This document shows, in pieces, positions 23,356 through 35,198 of a stretch of DNA of 64,000 nt. The DNA is taken from positions 1,860,001 to 1,924,000 of the forward strand of contig CP089275.1 of NCBI GenBank assembly GCA_023920165.1, in the 5' to 3' direction. The position numbers and the translations under genes were made by a program. The stretch comes from Curvularia clavata (Eukaryota). The notes beneath the pieces are model-generated. The model saw only the letters and a program-made list of their open reading frames with translations. It had not been told where the DNA came from and searched no databases. Numbering within the stretch: position 1 is the stretch's first letter; each line of letters begins with the position of its first letter.

Positions 23356-25560
23356 TTTGAAGATGGAGAGAAACTTGGAACTGTTCCTGATAGAAGGTAT
23401 CTGGATGGCAAGAAGGAGTGTGAAGCGCTGGTGGATGATGAGCCTCGAAGTTGATGTTTGCCAGTAACTTTATATCAAAGCAACTAGAGCACCGTGTCCC
23501 GATTAGGGCATGGGCGATATTCAGCTCCGCGCCACACGGCTGATGGTGGCCCTGAGAACCCATGAGGAATACGAACAGCTGACCCTGTTAACTGTCAACA
23601 GTACCACGACCAACATGACGCACTAGCTAATTTTAGTAAGTGAGTTATCGGATCCCCCAGGGTACACAAGACATCGCCAATTATAGTGATGCGCGAGCGT
23701 TTATTGAATTCAAAATTGGGTTGAGCGTGGAAGTGGTGAAGAAGGCTCGCCAGGCTATCCGAGCGCGCCCTGCCAACAAGGCGTGGGAATCAAGAGGTGA
23801 TCCGGGTTTTTGGGATTGGGTCAGTCAGGGATAAGGTTTACCCCCTTGTTGAACTGGAAAAGCCTAAGGAGCACGTCGAAATAGTTGTTGTAGTTTCGAA
23901 ACCCCCATGGGAGATCACAAGTGCCAGCCTTGCCAAGACGACGTCGGTAGAGCGAAGCTTGTGCTCGGTAGTTTGGATAAGTAAGAGAACATTCATAGTC
24001 TCTCATTGGCCCATGTATGCGGCTTTGGAATATTGATTTTCTTTTTACTCAGCTTATACCCCACTCTGTGGTGCTCACAAACTGGGTTGAGAATGCTCTC
24101 CTTACGCCCTGGGGCCTAGGGATCCTTTGCGCTTGAGGAATGATGTTGTTGATAGCAAGTTCACCAGTGTCCGTGTTGGGCATAGTCTGAATCCACACGG
24201 CGTTCCCCCTCTTCCGAAGCCGAAGCTAGGCCTACGCCTCGCGGGATCCATCTCGCGTGCAACACGACGTGGCGTGCCAGGCATCTTTAATCGATATGAA
24301 ATTATCCTTGGGTGCGTTGTTGTGATATGGATGGAAGGAGAAAAGTAGTGAATGAGCTGAGCATAGCCCCATCTCAGGAGACCCCTCTGTTCATCGGAAT
24401 AAGCAATTTGTTGAGGGGAAAGCATGTCAGGGCATCTCTCCTAAGCCCAATGAACGTTAGATGCAGGGTGCTTAACTTTGTAGTCACGCATTGTGGCGCA
24501 AAGCCTCCTTGGGTCCAGTGGGGCTTACAGCGACTACACAGCCTAGGCAACACCGGTGCTTACATGCATATGTGACAGATGTCACGGGTGTTTGCAGCTT
24601 CTGGGGTCGTTGTAGTTGCTACAGCTGAGATGTACTATCTGAGCAGTCCCTTTTTCATTTGAACAACTGCCGTGAAAACGGCGGATCGCCGCCCGTTTAG
24701 TTCGTTCGGGCATACCCAGACCCGTGATGTAGAGGCGGCAGAATGAATTACGGTGCGCGCCACAGCTTTTCTGGTCCGAGAAAAGATCGTCCTCAGAGTG
24801 CCGAACCGAGCCTCGCGAGGCAGATTAGTCCCTTGTTGCTTGACAGGTTGTTTCAGGAGTTCTTCGGCTATTAGAATCTCATTTCCTTGTGTAAACGTGG
24901 CGGTAAAAAAACAAGGACGAGCTGATGTCTTGATTTAGAACGAAAATTGGGATAGTTCTGTAGGATGCACGGCTGTCGACTCTGAAAGATCCCACGGACT
25001 TTTACCTCAGACTATCTTTAATTCAAATTGAAGCGTACAATGATCATCTTGCTTTGCTCCAGTACTTTGCATCTGCCTGCCGAGAGAAGGGTAGCATTCG
25101 CGAAAACCGCTGTGATGTTCCTCACCAGCATTCATAGAACTCTATTTAGAAACGTGTCGGCATAAGAAAGCTTGTGCTCGCGTGCACAGCATGCACGTCA
25201 ACTACTCACGTCACACAAACGTCTAGGGTTAGCGAATCACAAACTCCTGTCATATCTCAACTCGACTGCAATGTACATGCAAAGTTAAGTTTTGTAATGT
25301 CATTAGTGAGACCTAGAGATTTCCCCTATTCTTATCTTCGGTGCAATTGGGACAGCAAGTAGCGTTTCGATCAATTTTGTATTCATTAAAAAGGAAACAA
25401 TAAGAGAAATGACATTTGAGTGGGTATCTAAATTATTCTCTCGTGCTGGAAATTATTGGTTCCAGTCATGAGCTTCATCATCAGGGGTTTCATTGACAGT
25501 CGTATGAACATGGGTAGGAAACAATATCCAAGGATCCGCAAAGGATACGAAAACTCCAGT

Positions 25561-27520
25561 CTACCTTGTGTAATCCGGCTTGGTTGCCTTGTTCACAATT
25601 GGAGGGGGTCCGTCCGTATCTGGGTACGGTAGAGGTGCTCCGGGTGGTGGCCTTGCAAATGATGTGCCAGGAGGTGGTGACATAGGAGAGACCAGTGTGA
25701 TTGGGGGCGGCAGTCTTCCGTCGTCTTGCAAGGGTGTCTTGGGAGGCCTAGGTGGTACATTTGACATCGGATCGTCCCAGCTGGGCGCTGAGCTTACCAT
25801 AGATACCGGACGTCCAGTTGAAAATTGCTCGTGTGAGCGGCGACCTGGCGAGACAAGCTCGCCGGAATGCCGATGCATCAGGCCATGATAGCTGTCGCGA
25901 TTCGGTGAAGGCGGATGCTCGTCGGAGCTTACAACCAAGTACTTGTCGTTCTCCGAAGGTCGACGCTGGTCTGCGGGTGGAGGCCGGAAAGCTGGATGTA
26001 TGTTTGAATAGTACTCTGGCGAGAGCTCCTCGGCTGGGAGTTCAACGGCCATGGGCGCAGGATCGGGTACTCCAGGAAGTGGCTTGTTTGGTGCCTGTGC
26101 ACCCGGTGAGAATGGGGATTCTCCTTTGGCAGCACGATCCCATCGGATCTTGGCAAAGTGTATCCGTGAAATCTTCGCAGCTGCGTCCATTGTCATCCCC
26201 TGCACGCTCTGATCCGCCAAGTACATGCGCGTGTTTGTGCTGATGTCGGCCAGGGCATTCCATTCGTTCATGCCAAACTCTCCAACACCGACATTGACGT
26301 TCAGGCGGTAGTAGTTCTCCGGGTTGACGTGTCGTTTAGCAAGGTGGTCCTTCATCTCCTTGTGTGTCTTCTCGCAACCCTCAATCTTGGATATCAGCCT
26401 CCTCCTAGCCTCTGCAAAGTCCCCCATGCCGCCTGAAACGAAGCCTTCCCACCACAAGTGCTGCTGCGCATTCGTGCCTTCTGGTCGTTTTCCCGTACCA
26501 ATGCTGATGAAGACGCCAACTTCGCGTCCAGGCCATTCATTGCAAACGGCTTCGTCTAGAGCCATAGGTGCTGGGTTGTATTTGCCTGTGCCCTCATCAA
26601 GAAAGACTGATTGACCAATCTGGATAGGCTTGAAAGCCAGCGCTGTCGCTGATGTCGCTCGGCCGGCTTGCCATATTGTTGCGTTGGGCTCAATCGCGGG
26701 TTCTTTGCGTGAGTCGTAGGAACGAAGCAGGACTTGGCCGCCGCCAGACTTTCTGGTACCTTTGTACACAGCTGTGACAGCACTGCGCAGTGTTAGTCGA
26801 GTTTGTTTTCGCAGATGGATAGAGTATACTCACGTCTTGGTGCGCTCCTCGCGGTTGTCGTATAGCAAAGCATGTGGGTTCCCCCACTTCATGGCAGCGA
26901 TGCGCATATTCACTGGCGACATGCCAATCTGGCTGTAGTTGCTAGCATTGCTAGCGCTCCTCTGCATACGGCCCGACACGGCGCTTCCGGGGGTCATGGG
27001 TGGCGCATCCCGTCCTTCGTGGCTGTCGTTGCCTTCGTCATCGTAGATGGTGTGTTCGCGTACGCATTGCATGATGGCCTCTTCCAGCTTTGACGCCTTG
27101 AATAAGGTCGACCGGTACGGTATGCCGGCAAATGTCTTATCGGTCTCAAAGACTCTTCTCGTCATGCGCACATAGACGTCCTTGCATGTCTCCACGTCCA
27201 TCCTCAGCCGGCCCAGCATTATAGCAATCAGGCCGCCGGTTCCTGTTCCCACGATGAGGTCGAAGTGTTCGCATGGTTTCGGTAACTCGTGTCTTTTGGG
27301 CGCTCGGCCGTTTATTTCAACAAATGTTCGATGCATCAATTCCTGGAGGATGATGAGCATGGAGTAGCCCCGCACACCTCCACCGTCTGTCAAACATGTT
27401 AGCCACTCTACTCCCCATACTGAAGCCGTGCCTCACCCACGTACCTAGCGACAAGATGCGCAGCGGCGGCCCTTTTGTTGTATCCTTTCTGCGAATCCCG
27501 TTGCTCGCCATGTCGGGCAT
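25561..27520 (-). CDS. Patatin-like phospholipase-family protein with atypical catalytic motifs and Pro-rich tail; 3 exons
   Basis: LRILSLDGGGVRG, PCEHFDLIVGTGTGGLIAIMLGRL, IWQAGRATSA, FLDEG, FISIGTG, YYRLNV. Confidence 0.9.
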
Positions 27521-28682
27521 GGTGTCTGAAGCAGCTGTAAAAAGCATAAAGTGACTCGCAGGACGGGTGTGGTTGCCTTGGGAAGACGCTTCGAAACGCT
27601 TCCAAGTTGCTGGTATAAGCAGAAGCTAAAAAACGAGGCTTGTGGATACCCGGTTCTGCCGGGACGACGGTTGGCGTTATATCAGGCTGAGCTGTTGGCC
27701 AACTGGCGGAGCTGATTGTGAGATGCGGAGGCTGAGCAGATGCTAAGGCTGGGCGCGCGCGCTGAAGGCGCTCAAAGACGGTGAGTAATTAAAGGTTGTC
27801 TGCGGCCAACGCGTGCAGGCAACGTAGGAGCTAGTCACAGGAAAGACAAGTGAGTAAGTAGGGTTCACGTGGATCACTTAAAAGATTCTTGACCCTTCTT
27901 CGCCCGTGAAGGGCAGCCAGTGCGATGACTGCGCAGTCATTCGTCATTCGCCAAGCATAGCTCCAACCGAACTGCACCGCCACCGCAAAAACCTGGCATC
28001 CCGGCTCTGCGCATGCTGTCACTGCCCAAGATCTTCCGTCTGTGCCGGTTTTTACGACTAGAGACTCTCTGCCCTTGCAGCGGTAACGCGTTGACCCGCT
28101 TTGCCTTCTGGAGCTCTCTCCCCTGTCACAAACCGGCGAACTTAGAGCTGCCCAATCAAGCCTGCCCAGGCATGTCTCGGATAGTCACGCTTCCATCGCG
28201 TGTCGCTTCCTCCGAGCGAATGAATATGCTGGACGTATTGTATGCTGATCCATATTCGACAAACAGACCGTATTGGCCGTGTTACCTGGCTGTGCTCGAC
28301 GTGCCTATCATCAACCTACAAGTAACTCGAGCAGCTATCCAGCACGCACAGACCAGCTGCATGCTAACTTGACCAAAGTGTGCGAGGAGCTCAGAACCAT
28401 GGCTCGAGGGCAAGATAGTTGGTCCTAAGAACCCAAGGCCACTATGGAAGCTACAGCGCTAGCATGTGCTTGTTTTTCGTGACGTGTGTGTTGTTTCACA
28501 TCAATACGTTACAGAGTAGTGATCGAAGATTACATCTTTGCAACTATGTGTGTGTACAATTTAGGTATTGCGAAATCATAAAAAGTATTACATTCAACGT
28601 ACATTCAACGAACAGCATGTCATATTTCTCAAAGGGTACGTTGCTCTCCTAGATATGGAGCAATCACAAGTACGTCAACATG

Positions 28683-29840
28683 TTACGCTTTCTTTGGTAC
28701 CTCAACAAGACCCCTCTTTTCCTTCGTCCGCCACTGGATCGCCTTTGCAAGGTGATACAATACCTCAAGTGTAGGCATGGGAACACCAGCATTCTTCCCC
28801 GCTCTGAGTGGCTCGCCCAACAAGTTCTCAAATTCAATAAAGTTGCCCTGTCGGTGTCAGTCAGCATGTTTGCTGTGCTGATCTTAGTCAGCCTCATCGC
28901 TCTAAAAACGTACCTTTTCCAGATCCTGCTGCATGCTTGGCTTCAGGTAGCTCTCTATCGGGTCCATGTTGATAGCAGCCTCCACTGAATCCTCACCCAA
29001 CTCCACTCCACACACCGCTTTGGCAGCTGCGACGATTTCTCGCATGGCTGGCCTGACAAGCCCGTCCAGAGCGCCATCAGCAAGCCGTATGCGCCCATCG
29101 TCTAGACCCGTAATGGCGCAGATGGGATTCAGAGCCGCGTTAAAGACGAGTTTCTTCCAGCGATCATACAGTACATTGGGTGAGTATTGACAATTGGTCT
29201 TTCCTGCTTTACTGTATATTTCGACAAACTCTTCTGCTCTTCGCTCTGGAACAGCAGGATTGATGTTTGATGTCGGAAAGGCGCCGACAAGCAGTCTATC
29301 GCCTTCATCGTGCACAATGAGCCCCGGTGAAGGCTCCGCACTGCCAATCATGGAAATGCCCGAAAGAATGGGCACGTTGGGGTGAGGACGCAGGAATGGT
29401 CTCTCGATATTAAGACCATTTTGGAGGAGGAGCAGCGTCGTCTTGCCACTGTTCTTAGGGAGTGCTGGCGTGATAAGCTCAACTGCCGTAGGTGAGGTGT
29501 CCGGGATGTTCTTCGTGCATAGAATGACATAGTCGTACGGTGGAATGTTTTCTTCCACAAGATTGGGGACAGTATTGCGGACTGAGTATCGTTAGCTTGG
29601 GTAGTATTGAATGGTGCCAACGGGAGACATGGAATGCCACGTACCAACGCTAGGCCGCCAGCCGTTCAATGTGCCATGGTCGCAGCTATCGATGGTATAG
29701 CCTTTCTCTTTGACGACGTTGTAGTTGGATCGCAACACAACAGTAACCGTCGCAAGGCCGCCAGCTTCCAAATTGACGGCTGCAATTGCACCGACAGCGC
29801 CGCCACCAACAATGAGAACCGTCTTCTTGGAATCAGCCAT
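28683..29840 (-). CDS. Ketopantoate reductase (ApbA/PanE)-family oxidoreductase; 3 exons
   Basis: Rossmann motif VLIVGGGAVG, YDYVILCTKNIPD, LLQNGLNIE, RWKKLVFNAALNPICA, KPSMQQDLEKGNFIEFENLLGEP. TAA at 28683-28685. Confidence 0.92.
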
Positions 29841-30293
29841 TGTAGAACAAAAATTATGTCAAAGTCGCCGTACACTTACATCGAGAGAGTTGGGCTATAT
29901 GTACGTCGTCGGCGAGATAGGGCGCGACACTTTAGTGGGGTCGGAACGGCAACTACACCCTAGGAACATGACTCCAAACTGCCCAAGCCGCACGGGAGGA
30001 CCTGCTGCATTCGGCCATCATCATCATAAGACACATACGGAACTGATGTCACTGATTTGATGCACTATATTTTGCGGTCCCTTCAATCGAGCTCCATTTG
30101 ATGCATATGTAGGTTACAGTCCGTAAATTCGTGGCTGGTGACCCTGTGTCGCCAAATCTTCCGCCTCACACGCCTTCATTCGTGTTATACTGATGGTTGA
30201 TGCATTGCTTGAGTCGAAGGTAGAGCCGTCCATTCCATCCGCCCGAAGACTACGCCGAGATCCCAGCAAAAGAGAGAGAAAGAAGGCGCACGC

Positions 30294-31283
30294 TTAGAAG
30301 ACGAGAGCAGCACCCTTGGTCTTCTTGTCACCACCAAGCTCGAAGTGCTTGCATCGCTTGAGGGCAAGCTATTTGCTGGTTAGTAGCTGCATAGAGAAGA
30401 GCGCAGAGGGTAAGCATACCTGTGCCTTGGTCTTGCACGCAGTGCACTCTAGACGGAGAACGACCTTCTTGGTGGTCTTCGCCCTCTGTTTGTTGTTAGT
30501 ACCGATTCTGCATACTCGCATGGAGATGATCGTACCTTGTGGAAGACGGGCTTGGTCTGACCTCCGTAACCGGATTGCTTGCGGTCATAACGACGCTTAC
30601 CCTGAGCGAACAGAGAGGCCTTTCCTGCCTTGTATTCTACATCGTCTCAGTATGCGAAGGTAACGTATGGGGCGTGGATCACTAACGGGTGACCTTGTGC
30701 TGGGTGTGCTTCTTGCAGTCCTTGCCCTTGCAGTAGGTTCGGCGGGTCTTGGGAACGTTGACCTGAGACATCAAAGTCAGCATTCGTTTTATGACTTTGT
30801 CTATTCATTCTCTTTTTAAGCGACAGCCGAGCAGGCGACACGAGTAGGCGACCGGACTAGGCAAGATAGAAGGATCGGAGGCTTGCAGCGGAGGCGACTA
30901 ATGCGAGCGGTCGGGCAAGCAAGAAGGTGGGCAGTATCGGAACTGCTCATACGATAGCAGCTTGGTCGGTCTTTTCCATGTCCACTCTGCGATAGAGTGC
31001 GACGCAAATGCCATTTGCAGTCCGCGCTGATATACAGCGTCTCTCTAACCCACACAGCCTGCCTCCGGTTCGTTCCAATGGCTTCCTTCGGTGCGACATC
31101 TCTCTCTCCTCTCCTCAATCGCCCATGTATTCCAAATGCCGAGGCCAGCCCCAATGTTCGATTAATTTGTTATGTCGTGCGGTCCGCAAGTTCGCCATCG
31201 TCGTCGAAGATTCGTCATGTCGTCCACTCGTGTCGTGACTGTCGTATTGCGCAACCTCAAACAGCAAATATTTCACTCACCAT
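30294..31283 (-). CDS. RPL42: 60S ribosomal protein eL42 (L44/L42/L36a); 5 exons, first coding exon is ATG only
   Basis: caaaATG|GTGAGT at 31283-31281; intron 30763-31280; then [31 protein letters not shown]...[15 protein letters not shown]...LECTACK...[21 protein letters not shown]. Confidence 0.97.
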
Positions 31284-31641
31284 TTTGACGGATTTTGCTC
31301 TGTGGTTAGTATGAGCGAAAAGGTTGGCGGTGGTGCTGAGGTGTTGATGGTCGCTGAACCGATATTACTAGCGTTGTGTGGGCTTTCGGCTAGGTTAGTA
31401 AGCCGACAGCATGCGCCACACACCAGCCACACCTACAAGCCCACAGTATCACCATCAATTCATACTGAACGCGACTACAATGTAATACAAGGATAGTGTT
31501 CAAGTGGAGAAAAGAAATCTGTCATTGTGGTATCATGCGCAGCAAATCAAACGAAAATGCCCACCCGTCCATCTTCTCTTAACGGTCTAATTGCCCTGTG
31601 AAGCCATTCTGAAGAACAAAAGAAAGCCACCAGCAAAATCA

Positions 31642-33804
31642 CTAAAAGACAGGACGCCCCTCATCCCACTTCTTGACATCTTTTATATCCTGCGAAGCAG
31701 ATGGGGGGCTGCTACCCATACCAAGACTAAAGCGGCCACTCTCGCGAGTACCACTACTTCGACCATCCTCGAGCCGCCTCACGGGGCCGACCCACTCCCA
31801 CATACGAGCAACATCACCATTGGCTGTTGTTCGTACACCTGCACGGACATTGCTGTTTTTTTCGACTTTCGCTTGGACCCTTTTCCATAGTTTCTGTCGT
31901 CGAGATGCATTGAACTCAGTGCGTAAGACGTCATCACGAAGCTGAGTCATGCTAATGCCCTTCTCGACGCCGGGCGCTTGATAGCTAAGTGCAGCTTGAT
32001 CTTGCAGTCTGTCGTAGGCGTCACTTGCTAGCTGCTTTGCGCGAACCTCCATTGCTCGATTGCTGGTGTACGAGTACTTGCCGTAAGAGCCAGTAGCGAT
32101 CAACAGGAAGAACATCACAATCTGGAGAAGATGTCGTTCAAAAGATTGTCGGAGGGATCGTCGGACGCTACAGGAGAGGGAGAGCTTGGCGAGAGATGTT
32201 GATGCAAGGCGTCGTTTGCCAGTTGTTCTGTATCCAAGGAAGAGGAACTGATTAGTACAATTCCAAGTCAGAAATAATGCACATAAGGTTGGGACCTGAA
32301 AGAAGCGAACTTACTCATCTGTTGTTTGCACAATCTCCTCACGCATCAGAAGCTCCGGAAAGGCCCTGTCAAACAAATCACTGAACTCCTGGTCCGTCAA
32401 GCTCTTGCTTTTTTGGGCAGCCATTTGCTCCTTGAGATCAACTTCGCTGACCTCAGGGCTTTCTACAGGTCGTCCTTCCGCGTCGGGCTCGCCGCATTCG
32501 TACTGAGCCTTACGTTGTCGAAGGACCTCCACAGCCCGATTGGCAATGCCGTTCACCTTGCGCGTCTTTTCGCTATCTGGCTCGCAAGTTGGCGGGAGGG
32601 GTATCAGGCCTCCCAGTGATAGTGGGTGGTCTTTCTTAATAAAATCGGGGTCGCATCGGATATTCAGGCCTCGATAGCACTGCGCATGCGGCGGGCAAGG
32701 CTCACACTGTGGGAGGATCTGGTCCGCCCAACTTGGTATTTCCACACCAGCAAGCGCAGTGGCCTCTCGTCCAATGCCACAGAAGCCAACATTAATCTTC
32801 TCTTGTCGCCAAACACCAGCAAAGGCTGCTGTAGCAGTAAGAAGAATAGTCCCGGCCATGGCTTTGATAGTACCGGTAGCCTTCGCTTTCTTTTGCCTTC
32901 GCCTCGGTGGCAGAACGTCCACTTCACCAGTCTTTGCACGCTCTTGTACTAGCGCGAGCTGTTCTTCGGGCGTAAATTCTTCCCCGGCATCCGCAGCTTC
33001 TTCTTCTTCCTCTTTCTCCTCCTCCTCGTGCTTTACGCGGGGATCAACGACATCAAATGTTCCACGTGTGGGGACCACAATTCCTTCGTCTAATTGTTCG
33101 GACTTGGGTTGGACGGTTCTTCGACGGTGCACGTCGCTCTTGCGTCTCTCGTGATGACTGTATCCTGTAGTCCGCCTTCGACGATCGCGCGAGATGGTGT
33201 CCGGTACCGCGGGGGAGCTCCCACTCTGGAAAGGGTTTTCTTGCGTAAAAGGACTTGCTGCATCATTTCGATGCCATGCTTCCGGTTCCGGTGACGGCTC
33301 TTTCGGGGCCGGGGCCGGGGCCGGAGCAGGCGTAGCACTCTTGCGCGTACGTCTGGCCGCAGGTCTCTCATCAACCTCAGCGTCGAGAGCCCTGCTATGC
33401 TTAGCAGGCACAGCGCGAGAAGGTGTTTTGGCACGTGGTGCAGGTGTATCTGCTTCCTCTGTTGTTGCACGCCCTGTCCTCCGTAATGTTCGTCGCGCGG
33501 TTGCAGGCGTGGGAGCCGCGGGTGTTTCGTCTTCAACATCGTCCGTATCCACGGTGCTGGCTGAGCTTGAAGGTACATCCACGATGCCCCGCGTTGATCG
33601 CTTCGTGCGAGCATACGCTCTCTGGACCTGCGATTTCTGGGGCAGAACGATGTCGTTGAAGAGGCCTACGAGAACCGGCTTCTTCGCTGAGGATGGATAT
33701 GTGACACCGTGGCGAAGTAGGATGCTGCGTAGTTCCGGTACCGTGATCTTGTTCGCATCCACGCCATCTTCGTAATACCAATACTCCCCGCGCGCATCCG
33801 CCAT
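31642..33804 (-). CDS. SRC1: Inner nuclear membrane protein Src1/Heh1/Man1 (HeH/LEM plus MSC domain); 2 exons
   Basis: N-terminal HeH (ITVPELRSILLRHGVTYPSSAKKPVLVGLF), TM1, lumenal QCEPCPPHAQC...PTCEPD, intron 32228-32314, TM2, and a winged-helix end (QLRDDVL...LWKRVQAKVEKNSNVRA...WEWVG). Confidence 0.93.
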
Positions 33805-35198
33805 CTTGTCTTGGGTTGTGTGAATAAGTTTGGGCGCACAAAAATGTCTGTCTTGGCGTCTGGCGAAGCGTAAGTATGTTGAGCTGAAAGGACAGTGCAG
33901 GGCTCAGCCTGTGGTAAGCAGCAGGTGGAGCAGGGAAAGTCTGTTTCGCTTGTTTGTGATGTCACCAAGGCAACAGGTGGGTGGCCTGGTCCGTGCACCA
34001 CCACTCGACTCTGCTGCCTTCGCTCTTTGTTCGAAGTATCATGAGAACAGGCTCCACACTGTAGTTAGCACTATGTCAAAGGGTTTTTTCTGGAGATCCT
34101 TTGTCATGTGAGACGGACTAAAAATATGCCCACATCTGTTTGTTTAGATCTTGGCTGTTTTCTACATGGCTGACACATTTCACGACCAGTGCTTGACAAG
34201 CAGTATTCATTGATTGTTCGCCATACCTTCATTTCAACTTCCGGTTGTAAAGGCTAGACAATTAAAACGCGCTGTTTTTTTACAGCAGGCACCAATCCAG
34301 GATTTTGATGAAGCAGGCTGTATCAAACCTACCTCCCCAACCATCATCAGGTCTAAGAAAACCAACAGTAAAGGGAGCGCCTAAATCTCTCCAAGTACGT
34401 AAAGATCCTTGTAATACAGATCAGCAACTTCACTAAGCACACTTCGCTCCAAAAAAGTGATTGTGGGATCACGGCTGGAGAATACGGAGCAATGCTAGTA
34501 TCTCACCACGCAAGTATATATACTGCGTTCATATTCGTCCCATATTCTCCAATCTAGCAACGCACGTCATGATCTCAGAATTCACCACTCTATCTTTACC
34601 GTAAAGCTCCTCCAGTTTAAGCGATTTCCATATGTGTATTTCACCCAAGCTTTCAGCCTCAAATCCAAATGTAGTTAATTGTGGGGAGACACCGGCTTAA
34701 TGTAGCTTAATCTCAACAACCCTGTAACACCGCCGCCCACCTACCAATTAGACGGTCCCTTTCCCATGTCAGTCTGACAGTACTTTGCTGGTAACGAGCC
34801 ACGTGCCCCTTGTGTCGCGTCGAGAATCAGGAACGCCGTCTCCGTTCCCGTGCTCATGCGGAGTGTCAATGTGCTCCGGACCGCATGGCCGCCGCTAGAT
34901 CCACTCTGACACTCAAACTGCCGGCGGGATACATATACATTGATTGAGCAACATGGTCACCGAGTCCAGATTAAGTAACGGCCTGATCCGGAGCCAAGTC
35001 ATCTGTCCTCTACAGGATATTGCAGTACAGGGCATAGATTGGAAGCTTCGCTCGGATTCCCGGGCCAAGAGATCAGTCTCCGACAGACTGGGGATTTCCT
35101 TTATATAGTGCTTTGGCTTTACATATATCAACATTAGATCTGAAGTCATCTGCTGGTGTCTCTTCACACCCTGAATTCTTCTGTCTCTAACCTCCAAA

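Noticed and set aside
23640..24575. Several 60-110 aa ORFs upstream of the But2-like gene
   Set aside because: No consistent frame, splice pattern or domain.
30763..31280. Intronic box C/D or H/ACA snoRNA in the eL42 intron
   Set aside because: No RUGAUGA/CUGA pair at suitable spacing, and H/ACA boxes are ambiguous; reported only as structured RNA.
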